Origin: Patescibacteria group bacterium
GTDB lineage: Bacteria; Patescibacteriota; Minisyncoccia; Phycocordibacterales; Phycocordibacteraceae
Direction of reading: 5' to 3'
DNA: 39,161 bases
Assembly: GCA_018971265.1 (NCBI GenBank)
Contig: JAGXBE010000002.1
Location: 1-39,161, forward strand
Shown here: piece after piece, positions 26,787 to 35,585 of the stretch
How the letters are laid out: each line of letters opens with the position of its first letter
Position numbering within the stretch: the stretch's first letter is position 1
Position numbers and translations under genes: made by a program
Notes under the pieces: model-generated
Told to the model about the DNA's origin: nothing
What the model saw: only the letters and a program-made list of their open reading frames with translations
Databases searched by the model: none

Positions 26787-29700
26787 ATGGCCTCGCGCTT
26801 CGTCCACCTCCATACGCACAGCCACTACTCGTTCCTCCAGGCATTGCCGAAGGTGGATGAGCTGGTCGAGAAAGCAAAAAAAGAAGGAATGGACGCTCTT
26901 GCGCTCACTGACGCCGGTAATATGCACGGGGCGATAGAGTTTTATAGGGCCGCGACAAGGGCGGGCGTGAAGCCGATTCTCGGCGTTGACGCATACCTTG
27001 CGCCACGCTCACTGTTGGGCCGCGACCGAAATATCGACACGAAGCGTTCACGCGTCGTACTTCTCGCAGAGAATAATGAGGGCTACAAAAACCTCCTCGC
27101 GCTTGTCACGACATCATGGACGAAAGGGTTCTTCGAACGGCCGCGTATGGATAAGGAGCTGCTTCGCGCACATGCGCGCGGGGTGATTGCCATACTCCCT
27201 TCCTTTGCAAGCGATGTTTCCCAAATGCTGCGTGCTGGCGACAAGAACGGCGCGAGTGCGGCGCTCGCGGAGTTCAGGAACATATTTGGCGAGGGAAACG
27301 TCTTCCTTGAAATCACGCGCCATCCGCTTGTGAAGGGGCATGCGGCTCTTATGGAAAAAATCATCGCGCTTGCGAAGGAAAATGCCACCCCGCTCGTCGC
27401 CCAACATGACGTGTACTACCTGGAGCCGGGCGACCGCGAGGCAACCGAAATACTGCGGCGCATCCAGCATGGCGAGCGTGGCAGGAATGAAAACGAGGAT
27501 TTCTCTTTCATCAGCGAGGAGCGCGCACTCGAGCTCTTCAGAGAGCTCCCGGAAGCGCTTGCGGCTTCGTGCGCAATCGCGGAGCGCTGTAATGTATCGT
27601 TTGAACTCGGAAAATGGACCTTCCCCGTCGTACCCGTTTCAAACGGCTTCGCGACCCATGACGAGGAGCTGCGCTCATATGCGTATGCCGGTATCGCACG
27701 ACGCGGCATTGAGGAGACGAAAGAGATCACGGACCGTATCGAATACGAGCTCGGCATCATCATCGACAAAGGGTTCGCGGTGTATTACCTCATCGTTGCC
27801 GACCTGCTCGCCTTTGCGCGAAAGGCGAACATTCTGACCACCACCCGCGGCTCGGCGGCCGGATCTCTTGTTGCATACCTCGTCGGCATTACGAACGTAA
27901 ACCCTCTTTTCTACAAGCTCCCTTTCGAACGATTTTTGAATCCGGAGCGTCCCAAGGCGCCAGATATAGACATGGACATGGCCGACAATCGCCGTGACGA
28001 AATGATTGCGTATGCGAAACAGAAATACGGCGAAGATCATGTCGCACAGATAGGCACCTTCGGCACCATGATGGCGCGCGCGGCGGTGCGCGATGTCGCG
28101 CGCGCCCTCGGCCACTCGTACACCACCGGCGATCGCATCGCGAAACTGATCCCGATTGGTTCGCAAGGGTTTCCGATGACTATCGATCGGGCGCTCGAGC
28201 TCGAACCGGACCTGAAGACGCTCTATGACGAGGATGACGAGTCGAAGGAGATTATCGATCTTGCAAAACGCATCGAGGGCTGCGTGCGGCACGTCGGCGT
28301 CCATGCGGCGGGAGTCGTCGTCGCGCCCTCCCCGCTCGTCGAGTGGACTCCGGTTCAACCCGACCCGAAGGGAACCGGTAAAATTATTACGCAGTACGAC
28401 ATGTACTCCATCACCGACGAATACGGCGGCGTCGGACTCCTGAAGTTTGATTTTCTCGGTATCAAGAACCTCGCGATCCTTGCCGATGCAGTCGTTCGTG
28501 TCGCGGAGACGCGCGACATAGTGGTGGACATCGAAAACATCCCTATCGATGACGCGGCGACCTACCAGATGCTCGCGCGCGGCGAGACGGAAGGCGTCTT
28601 TCAGATGAACGGCTCCGGCATGACCCGATGGCTCAAGGAGCTCAAGCCAACCACTATCCATGATATCAATGCGATGGTCGCGCTCTACCGCCCGGGACCG
28701 ATGGAGACGATTCCGCAGTATATCGCGCGGAAGAAAAACCCGCGTCTCATCAACTTTCTCGATCCGCGCATGAAGGACTATCTCGATTTCTCCTATGGAC
28801 TGCTCGTCTACCAGGACGATGTGCTCCTGACCGCCATTACGCTCGGCGGATACTCATGGCTCGAGGCAGACTCACTTCGCAAGGCGATGGGGAAAAAAAT
28901 TCCAAAGGTTATGCAGGCGGAAAAGGAGAAGCTTCTCAAGGGTTTTATGGAGTATGGGAAGCTCTCGAAGGAAAAGTCGGAGAAACTATGGGGCCTCATC
29001 GAGCCGTTTGCCGCATACGGCTTCAACAAGGCGCACGCCGCAAGCTACGGCAAGGTCGCCTACCAGACCGCGTACATGAAAGCGAATTATCCCGTTGAAT
29101 ACATGGCTGCGCTTCTTACCGCAGACTCGGGCAACACCGACTCAATCGCCACGTTTGTCGCGGAAGCAAAGCGCATGCGGATCCCAGTGTTGCCGCCGGA
29201 CGTGAATGAGAGCGGCACGGACTTTACCGTTGTGCATGCAAAAGCGGGCGGGAATGTGTCCGGGGGTGGGATCTCGCAGCGCGATGGCGCGAGAGGAGGT
29301 GATTTTTCAGCAGAAAAATACGCCGCCCCGTTCGAGAATACTTCCCGCGCGCTGCCAAACGTCATTCGCTTCGGTCTCTCTTCCATCAAAAATTTCGGCG
29401 ACGGCATTTCAGAAGCGATTATCGCCGAGCGCAAGGCACACGGCTCTTTCAAGACGCTTTCCGACTTCCTTTCCCGCATCGGCTCAAAAAACCTGAATCG
29501 CAAATCCCTCGAGTCACTCATCAAGTGCGGAGCCCTTGATTCTCTGAGCCCTCACGAGAGCGGTCGCGGTGCGTTGCTTGCCGGTATCGAGACCCTGCTC
29601 GTATTTCATCGCGAAGCAACCGCCGTTCCATCGCAGGATTCCCTCTTTGGCAAGCTTGCAGCGCCGCCGCCGGCGCTCCCTGCCGGAAAACCAGTTTCGC

Positions 29701-30077
29701 TTCTTGATAAGCTCGCGTGGGAGAAAGAATTGCTCGGCATTTACGTTTCCGGCCATCCGCTCGACGCGCATGACGCGATGCTCGCACGAACTTCTCTTTC
29801 GTTTGCGAAACTCAAAGAAGAGCCGCGGTCGGGAACGCCCGTCATACTGCCCGTCCTCGCCACAGAAGTGCGCGCCATCCTGACCAAGAGCGGCGAAAAG
29901 ATGGCGTTCATAAAACTGGAGGACAAGACCGGCTCACTCGAGGCGGTCGTCTTTCCGAAACTCCTCAAGGAACACGCCGGTGCGATTGTGCCCGATACTT
30001 GCCTGTTAGTGAAAGGCAAAACCTCGATCAGGAACGGCGAACTTTCGCTCGTCATCGAGAGCATAAAGCCGCTCTAG
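26787..30077 (+). CDS. dnaE: DNA polymerase III alpha subunit
   Basis: It has the PHP N-terminus FVHLHTHSHYSFL, the palm/fingers block YGFNKAHAASYG and a C-terminal OB fold. I place the start at ATG 26787. The listed ORF start 26571 overlaps the divergent gene. Confidence 0.95.
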   Translation: MASRFVHLHTHSHYSFLQALPKVDELVEKAKKEGMDALALTDAGNMHGAIEFYRAATRAGVKPILGVDAYLAPRSLLGRDRNIDTKRSRVVLLAENNEGYKNLLALVTTSWTKGFFERPRMDKELLRAHARGVIAILPSFASDVSQMLRAGDKNGASAALAEFRNIFGEGNVFLEITRHPLVKGHAALMEKIIALAKENATPLVAQHDVYYLEPGDREATEILRRIQHGERGRNENEDFSFISEERALELFRELPEALAASCAIAERCNVSFELGKWTFPVVPVSNGFATHDEELRSYAYAGIARRGIEETKEITDRIEYELGIIIDKGFAVYYLIVADLLAFARKANILTTTRGSAAGSLVAYLVGITNVNPLFYKLPFERFLNPERPKAPDIDMDMADNRRDEMIAYAKQKYGEDHVAQIGTFGTMMARAAVRDVARALGHSYTTGDRIAKLIPIGSQGFPMTIDRALELEPDLKTLYDEDDESKEIIDLAKRIEGCVRHVGVHAAGVVVAPSPLVEWTPVQPDPKGTGKIITQYDMYSITDEYGGVGLLKFDFLGIKNLAILADAVVRVAETRDIVVDIENIPIDDAATYQMLARGETEGVFQMNGSGMTRWLKELKPTTIHDINAMVALYRPGPMETIPQYIARKKNPRLINFLDPRMKDYLDFSYGLLVYQDDVLLTAITLGGYSWLEADSLRKAMGKKIPKVMQAEKEKLLKGFMEYGKLSKEKSEKLWGLIEPFAAYGFNKAHAASYGKVAYQTAYMKANYPVEYMAALLTADSGNTDSIATFVAEAKRMRIPVLPPDVNESGTDFTVVHAKAGGNVSGGGISQRDGARGGDFSAEKYAAPFENTSRALPNVIRFGLSSIKNFGDGISEAIIAERKAHGSFKTLSDFLSRIGSKNLNRKSLESLIKCGALDSLSPHESGRGALLAGIETLLVFHREATAVPSQDSLFGKLAAPPPALPAGKPVSLLDKLAWEKELLGIYVSGHPLDAHDAMLARTSLSFAKLKEEPRSGTPVILPVLATEVRAILTKSGEKMAFIKLEDKTGSLEAVVFPKLLKEHAGAIVPDTCLLVKGKTSIRNGELSLVIESIKPL

Positions 30078-30084
30078 GAGATGT

Positions 30085-31341
30085 ATGGTATATTCCGCAA
30101 GAAGTATGGACATACCGCTGGATAATGACCATAAGAAGATCGGCAAGGAGCTCGACCTCTTCACTTTTTCCGATTCGGTCGGCAAAGGTCTTCCGCTTTT
30201 CACTCCAAAGGGCTCCGTTATTCGTCGCGAACTTGAGCGTTTTATCGTTGATGAGGAGATACGACGCGGGTATCTCCACGTATACACACCAGATATCGCC
30301 AAACTTGATTTATACAGAAAAAGTGGACACTACCCGCACTATAAAGACTCGATGTATGCGCCAATCGAGATCGATAAGGAACAGTTCATGCTTAGGCCAA
30401 TGACATGCCCGCACCATTTTGAGCTGTATCTGCGCAAACCGGTGAGTTATCGGGAATTGCCGATGCGTATCGCCGAACTTGCAAAGCTGTATCGTTACGA
30501 ACAGTCCGGTGAGATCATGGGTCTCCAGCGCGTCCGTACATTTTGTCTCGCAGATGCTCACATCATCTGTGCGGATGAGGAGCAAGCTATTGATGAGATC
30601 GGCAAGGCACTTGATCTTATCGAGTACGTCACGTCCGTGTTCGGTCTCAAGCTCGATGTCGATTATCACTATCGCCTTTCGCTCGGGGATCGTACTAACA
30701 CGGAGAAATATTATGAAAATGATGCTGGCTGGGAAAAGGCCGAGGATCTTCTTCGTAAACTCATGCAAAATCGGGGTTCAAAATTTGAGGAATCGAAAGA
30801 TGAAGCAGCCTTCTACGGCCCCAAGATAGACATCCAAATGAAAAATGTGAATGGGAAGGAGGATACTGCTTTTACGGTTCAGTATGACTTCTGTATGCCT
30901 GATCGGTTTGATCTCTCGTATATAGGCGAGGACGGAGAAAAGCACCGGGCATTTGTCGTACATCGGTCCTCCATCGGTGCTATCGAGCGCATCATGGCTT
31001 TTCTTATCGAGAAATATGGCGGTGCATTCCCGCTCTGGCTTAGCCCTGTGCAGGTGCGGGTGCTGAGTGTGTCGGAGAAACACACGGCATACGCACGAGA
31101 AGTCGCGGGCGCGCTCAAAGCCGCGCACATTCGCGCCGAAACTGATGGGTCAAATGAATCCCTCGGGAAAAAGATACGGGCCGCGAAGACGGAAAAAATC
31201 CCCTACCTTCTCGTTGTCGGGGATGCGGAAGTTGAAGCGAAGACCGTCTCGGTAGAAAGCCGCGATGCGGGGAAATTGAATGCAGTATCGATTGCGGATT
31301 TCATCACGCGCGTAAGCGAAGAAATCAAGGCGCGAAAATAG
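30085..31341 (+). CDS. thrS: Threonine--tRNA ligase, catalytic plus anticodon-binding domains only (no TGS or editing domains)
   Basis: The protein starts at ...DHKKIGKELDLF, the linker that precedes the catalytic core in full-length ThrRS. Zn ligand contexts are RPMTCPHH, LADAHIIC and VVHRSSIGAIER. A C-terminal anticodon-binding fold is present. SD taggag lies 4 nt before ATG 30085. Confidence 0.9.
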   Translation: MVYSARSMDIPLDNDHKKIGKELDLFTFSDSVGKGLPLFTPKGSVIRRELERFIVDEEIRRGYLHVYTPDIAKLDLYRKSGHYPHYKDSMYAPIEIDKEQFMLRPMTCPHHFELYLRKPVSYRELPMRIAELAKLYRYEQSGEIMGLQRVRTFCLADAHIICADEEQAIDEIGKALDLIEYVTSVFGLKLDVDYHYRLSLGDRTNTEKYYENDAGWEKAEDLLRKLMQNRGSKFEESKDEAAFYGPKIDIQMKNVNGKEDTAFTVQYDFCMPDRFDLSYIGEDGEKHRAFVVHRSSIGAIERIMAFLIEKYGGAFPLWLSPVQVRVLSVSEKHTAYAREVAGALKAAHIRAETDGSNESLGKKIRAAKTEKIPYLLVVGDAEVEAKTVSVESRDAGKLNAVSIADFITRVSEEIKARK

Positions 31342-31413
31342 TTTACTGGAATCGGCCGGAGGAATACCGCGTTCGCTTTGCGGTGCGAACGAAAAATCGT
31401 CAGGGTCTGCGAC

Positions 31414-31431
31414 GCAGCAAATGCTGTTTTT
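31414..31431 (+). terminator. Weak candidate terminator after thrS
   Basis: gcagc aaat gctgt forms a 5-bp stem including one G-U pair, followed by a run of T residues. Confidence 0.25.
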
Positions 31432-31440
31432 ATTCGGCTC

Positions 31441-34104
31441 TTATGCGCCGAGTACCGCAAGTGCGCGGGTAAGCGCAAGCTTCGCCCCTGTTACTCCCGT
31501 TGAATAACTTGAGTCAATTGCGTTCGCGAGCGCCGCTATAAGCTGCTCAAGGCGGGGCGTGTCGAGCCGCGCGGTCAGACGTGCGACATCAGCGTCACAC
31601 GCGGTGCCGTCGATGCGGGCGCGATATACGTCATCAAGGAGACATGCGGCGGCGGCGAGCATCTGCTCCGCCTTCCCTCCCCCGCGTACCAGCTCACGCA
31701 ACCCGGCAAACACTGCGGCGCGATCGCCTTCGACGAGTGCCGAGACAAAGCCGCGCACATGCGCCGATGCCGTGTCTGTACCATTTCCGTTCACTTCTGC
31801 CGCGCGAGTTGCTATTGGCTCAACGGCAACGTGAATCGGCTCGACCTTTTCATATATCGGCTCCGTATTTTGGACCGGCTCTGGCGCGCGTTCAGCAACA
31901 GGAGCGGTCGGAGCGGAACTTTGGTGCGAAAGTCCTTTTACGATATCTTCAATCGAAAGCGCACCATTATGCGCAAAAGATTTGAAGCCGTCGTATGCGG
32001 AGTATCCGCGAGGCGCTTGGGGCACTGTTTCCAATGCGGGCTGGAAAGCCATCTGGGGTGCCGGCACTTTGGGAGAAATGTGTACGTCCGCCGAATGCTC
32101 TTGCGCGTTGAGCGCAAAAGAGACGCGCTTCCCGAAAAGATGTGCGGAGCGGTATAGACCCGGCAGTGCGCCGAAAAGTATCAGGTATGCGAGCGCGAGC
32201 GACCAGAGAATGAGCGCGAGCCAGTAGAGCACCGTCCCGACAGGACCGAGATCAAGTCCTGTGTACGGTATCTGCGAAAGGTAGAGATAAGCAAGCGGCT
32301 GCGTACTTGCGTGAGGAAGCGCCGAAAGTACGATGGTTGGAGGAGGTGGGCCGCCGCCACCGCCACCGCAGTTATTGGTGCACCCGCCCGAGCCGCCGGT
32401 CACCGTGAGCGTCGCCGCGCACGTGAGCGTCTGGCCATTTTGGGCGTGGAATGTGCCGGTGTAGGTGTAGGTGCCGACGCCTACAGGAGAAACAGTTGTC
32501 GAACCGGGCGAGCTTGTCGCCGTCGCTATTCCGTTATCGATATCCACGTTCGAAATCTCGCTGCCGCCCCAGGAAAGGGTCGCGGAGCCGCCGGTAGTGT
32601 AGCTTGAAGGGGAAACCGCAAGCGTGCAAGACGGGCCGCCGCCGCCACCACCACCATGATTTACCGAAACCACGGCGGTGCATGTCACCGTCTGGCCGGA
32701 CGGGCTCACTAGCGTACCGGTGAATGTCGTGTCGTTCGTAATCGCCTTCGAGCTCACCGAGCCGCCGAGCGCGGGTGAGACCGCACCTATCCCGTTATCA
32801 ATGGAGAAGGTGCCTGCATTGGTTGTCGTCCAAGTGAGGGTCGTGTGATCGCCAGCGTTCACGCTCGTCGGCGAGGCAGTGAGCGTGCAGGTCGGCGCGC
32901 TCGGTGGCGGGGGCGTCGAGGTGACTGTTACGGTGGCGGTGCAATTGACCGAGCCGCCCGGACCCTTGGCGGTTCCGGTATAAGTAAGTGTATTGGTCGG
33001 CGAGACATTTTTAGATCCGGAAGAGACCGGTGTGACACTGCCGATACCGCGATCGATACTGAAAGAGTCGGCATTCGTGGTCGTCCATTTGAGCGTTGAA
33101 GAGCTACCGGTCTGGATCGAAGTCGGCGAGGCAGTGAGCGTGCAGGTGGGAGCGGCTGGCGGGGGTGGTGGGGGTTGTTGGGTGACCGTGATGGTCGTCG
33201 AACAGTGGCCGGTGTATTGGGGAGAAAAACCTCCGTTGTTGTCGAAGATAGTTCCGGTATAGGTGGTGGTCACGGTCGGCGAAACAGCTATCGAACCGCC
33301 GGTAATCGGGACTTGGCCGATACCGTGATCAATGGTTAGCGAAACTTGAGAGCTGTCTGTACTATTCGTGGTCCATGAAAGCGTGGACGAAGATCCGCTT
33401 TGAATAGCGGTCGGCTTTGCGATGAGCGTACAGGTTGGAAGCGGGGGCGGAGGTGGGGGCGGCGTCGACGGCACGCAGGTGTTGTAGGAAAGGCCGCAGT
33501 ATTGCGCGTTATTGGGGCCCGTTACTCGCCCGGGCTGGGTGCCGACCGGACATGAGGATACGCAGCTATTGCTGTACCAGTAGGCGCCGCAACCACTCCA
33601 AACGGGAGAGCTGGCGGGGTTGGGGGGCGGGGGCGCAACAGTCACATTCGTATAGCAGGTCGTCTCTCCGCCCGGGCCATACACGGTCATAGTATATTTC
33701 GTCGTCACGGCGACGAAAACGAGTTTCGAGCCGGAGTCGACCGGCGAGACAGAGCCGATACCGCTGTCTATGCTTGCAGAGGTTCCTGCTGTCGTCGTCC
33801 ATGAAAGCGTCGACAGGCCGCCGCCGTATGCGAGGGAGAATGGATTCGCCGAAAGAGCGCAGGTCGGGACCGGCTGTGTTATCGGGAGAGTCGAAGAGAC
33901 CGGGGGCGGGGGCGGGGGCGGCGTGGGCGCCGGAGCACAATCACAGGGTGGGCCGGCAACCTGAGCATAGATCTGCGAAGGGGTGACAAAGCCCGTCGCA
34001 AGCGCGATAGACACACCGAAAACAAGCTCGAGCAGCACGGTAGAGAGGCCGATGGTAGTCGGTCGTTTTGGTGCGTATGCGCTGATTTCTTTTATTTTTA
34101 TCAT
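31441..34104 (-). CDS. Large surface protein: N-terminal anchor, five tandem Ig-like repeats, IPYTG+TM segment, ~240-aa cytoplasmic domain
   Basis: The N-terminal hydrophobic segment reads TIGLSTVLLELVFGVSIALATGFV. Poly-Pro linkers separate five ~80-aa repeats (aa 81-156, 224-308, 320-396, 405-482, 492-568). LSQIPYTG lies at aa 609-616 (IPYTG at nt 32257-32271), followed by the TM helix VGTVLYWLALILWSLALAYLILFGAL. The C-terminal domain spans aa 650-887. Confidence 0.8.
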   Translation of the reverse strand: MIKIKEISAYAPKRPTTIGLSTVLLELVFGVSIALATGFVTPSQIYAQVAGPPCDCAPAPTPPPPPPPVSSTLPITQPVPTCALSANPFSLAYGGGLSTLSWTTTAGTSASIDSGIGSVSPVDSGSKLVFVAVTTKYTMTVYGPGGETTCYTNVTVAPPPPNPASSPVWSGCGAYWYSNSCVSSCPVGTQPGRVTGPNNAQYCGLSYNTCVPSTPPPPPPPLPTCTLIAKPTAIQSGSSSTLSWTTNSTDSSQVSLTIDHGIGQVPITGGSIAVSPTVTTTYTGTIFDNNGGFSPQYTGHCSTTITVTQQPPPPPPAAPTCTLTASPTSIQTGSSSTLKWTTTNADSFSIDRGIGSVTPVSSGSKNVSPTNTLTYTGTAKGPGGSVNCTATVTVTSTPPPPSAPTCTLTASPTSVNAGDHTTLTWTTTNAGTFSIDNGIGAVSPALGGSVSSKAITNDTTFTGTLVSPSGQTVTCTAVVSVNHGGGGGGGPSCTLAVSPSSYTTGGSATLSWGGSEISNVDIDNGIATATSSPGSTTVSPVGVGTYTYTGTFHAQNGQTLTCAATLTVTGGSGGCTNNCGGGGGGPPPPTIVLSALPHASTQPLAYLYLSQIPYTGLDLGPVGTVLYWLALILWSLALAYLILFGALPGLYRSAHLFGKRVSFALNAQEHSADVHISPKVPAPQMAFQPALETVPQAPRGYSAYDGFKSFAHNGALSIEDIVKGLSHQSSAPTAPVAERAPEPVQNTEPIYEKVEPIHVAVEPIATRAAEVNGNGTDTASAHVRGFVSALVEGDRAAVFAGLRELVRGGGKAEQMLAAAACLLDDVYRARIDGTACDADVARLTARLDTPRLEQLIAALANAIDSSYSTGVTGAKLALTRALAVLGA
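32401..33864 (-). repeat. Five tandem protein-coding repeats (Ig-like modules) separated by poly-Pro or poly-Gly linkers
   Basis: Repeat consensus is [TS]C[AT]L.A.P.S...G..[ST]TL.W.T.....SID.GIG.V......V.P...T.Y.GT......G....C...V.V. Nucleotide spans: R1 33637-33864, R2 33181-33435, R3 32917-33147, R4 32659-32892, R5 32401-32631. R3 and R4 are the most similar pair. Confidence 0.85.
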
Positions 34105-34139
34105 ATGATTTCTCGCACTTGTCGCTCACGCGACGCATG

Positions 34140-34184
34140 AAAAGGGCGGGATGAGGAACGATATATTGTCAACCATCCCGGCCC
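34140..34184 (-). terminator. Terminator-like hairpin between the 426-aa gene and the 887-aa gene
   Basis: gggcgggatg (34144-34153) pairs with catcccggccc (34174-34184) with one bulge and a 20-nt loop. On the minus strand it is followed by UUUUCAUG. Confidence 0.35.
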
Positions 34185-34190
34185 TGAAGT

Positions 34191-35471
34191 TTACTGCGGA
34201 CAGTCGCCGTTGTCCTTAAGCCACAACTCGTCAGGAATATCGACGCGGTATCTGCCCCGCCAATCCTGCGGCCGCATGTAGACACCGCAGGTCTGTGTGC
34301 CATCTGCGTACGCGAGACAAAGGTAGACGACTCGACTCCAGATTGCAGTCGAAAATCGAAGCGTCTGTCTCCTTGTGAGCGCCGGGTACAGGTACCGATG
34401 CGGTATTTCTGCGGTACTTCCGAGTATGCCACGAATGTATCCCAAAGCGGGAATGCAAACATCGCATTCGCCAAGCCACGCGGTCCACACCAAAGAACCT
34501 TGGCGCTGAGCATTGCAGGAACTCGGCGGCAGCGGACCTTCCGTACTGCCGATCCCCCAGCGAACATTTCCGCCGACAGGTGCGTCGAAAGATAGCTCGA
34601 CACATTTCTCCGCCACCGATGACGTGCGCCCGAAACGCCAGCTCTCGTTAAAGCAAACGAATGGAATGTCCCAGAGGTACGTTTCCCCCTCGTAGACATA
34701 ACTCCACTCGAGCGCTTTCGCCGCTTCGGCCACCGCTCCTTTGCGATACGGACGGCCGTCTGGCGAGCGAAGGACCGGAAGTTCCGCAACCGCGACATGA
34801 TTCATCAGGTGCGGGCGCCGGCCTCCCGACCACATCTGCTCGAGCGGTTCGTTTGGCATGAGCCACACAAGCGTGCCGCCCTTGCAGTCGCCAAGCGCTT
34901 TTTTGAAGTGTTCCTTGACCGCTTGCGGCATGCTGGTGCCGTCGATAGCTGCGGGTGCCTTTTGACAGGCCTCCTCAAGAGAGTGCGCATACGGTGCCGC
35001 ACCCCAGTGTTGCCATGCGCCTTCAGCGGGCCGCTTGGTAGCGACGGACGCTTTGGGGGCCGACGACTGCTTCACAGTTTTCTTCTCCATCTGCCTCTGC
35101 GTCTTGGGTGCCGGCTTTGGCACCTTCTTCTTTGCGGCAGACGGCACGGGAGTTGGCGCCGGCGGCGCCGGACTTGAAGCGATGATCTTCGGTTCCGCAA
35201 CGGGCGGTACTGTAATCTCCGCTTTATTCCCCTCCGGTTTCGGCTCTGCGACCGGCTTCGGCGCTGTTCGAAAATATCGAACAACAGATCGAACAGAGAC
35301 GATCCGCGACGAGAGCCACTGAGGAAATAGCGCGGGGTAAAACGTCCCCCATTCGAAAATGAGCGCGCTTGCTACGATAACGGCGGCTATGGTGCCCCAA
35401 AGGAGCATTTTTGCCGACCCTTTCCTTCTGCCGCTGGGGATGGCGCTCTTAAAGAGTTCCCTGTCATTCAC
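34191..35471 (-). CDS. Hypothetical membrane-anchored protein with Pro/Lys-rich stalk and Cys/Trp-rich ectodomain (426 aa)
   Basis: SD is aaggagacaacaGTG. The TM helix reads MLLWGTIAAVIVASALIF. The stalk reads PKPVAEPKPEG...APPAPTPVP...KKKVPKPAPK. The ~270-aa C-terminal domain has 9 Cys and many Trp, with no motif I recognise. Confidence 0.65.
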   Translation of the reverse strand: MNDRELFKSAIPSGRRKGSAKMLLWGTIAAVIVASALIFEWGTFYPALFPQWLSSRIVSVRSVVRYFRTAPKPVAEPKPEGNKAEITVPPVAEPKIIASSPAPPAPTPVPSAAKKKVPKPAPKTQRQMEKKTVKQSSAPKASVATKRPAEGAWQHWGAAPYAHSLEEACQKAPAAIDGTSMPQAVKEHFKKALGDCKGGTLVWLMPNEPLEQMWSGGRRPHLMNHVAVAELPVLRSPDGRPYRKGAVAEAAKALEWSYVYEGETYLWDIPFVCFNESWRFGRTSSVAEKCVELSFDAPVGGNVRWGIGSTEGPLPPSSCNAQRQGSLVWTAWLGECDVCIPALGYIRGILGSTAEIPHRYLYPALTRRQTLRFSTAIWSRVVYLCLAYADGTQTCGVYMRPQDWRGRYRVDIPDELWLKDNGDCPQ

Positions 35472-35541
35472 TGTTGTCTCCTTGGTTGAGCCGTGTCTGC
35501 GGCGATTGTGACGGAAAGAACAACCTTCTTCTCCCCTTACG

Positions 35542-35585
35542 GAGAGTCATTCGATTTCCGGCTAGCCGGAAATCGAATGACTCTC
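35542..35585. repeat. 44-nt perfect palindrome centred on the sortase stop codon
   Basis: gagagtcattcgatttccggc, ta, gccggaaatcgaatgactctc. All 21 arm positions pair. The sortase TAG (35562-35564) spans the centre, and the last 7 sortase codons (ESHSISG) form one arm. Confidence 0.95.

Noticed and set aside
27675-28661. 328-aa minus-strand ORF inside dnaE
   Set aside because: It is antisense to the conserved polymerase core and shows no motifs or start signals.
32335-33960. Runs of ccgccgcc / ggtggtgg-type simple repeats as a possible repeat array or CRISPR
   Set aside because: They are in-frame poly-Pro and poly-Gly linkers of the 887-aa protein. There is no repeat-spacer periodicity.
34169-34798. 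209-aa minus-strand ORF overlapping the 3' third of the 426-aa gene in another frame
   Set aside because: The longer frame (34191-35471) has a TM helix, an SD and a coherent domain structure. The alternative frame is Arg/Ser-rich with no start signal.
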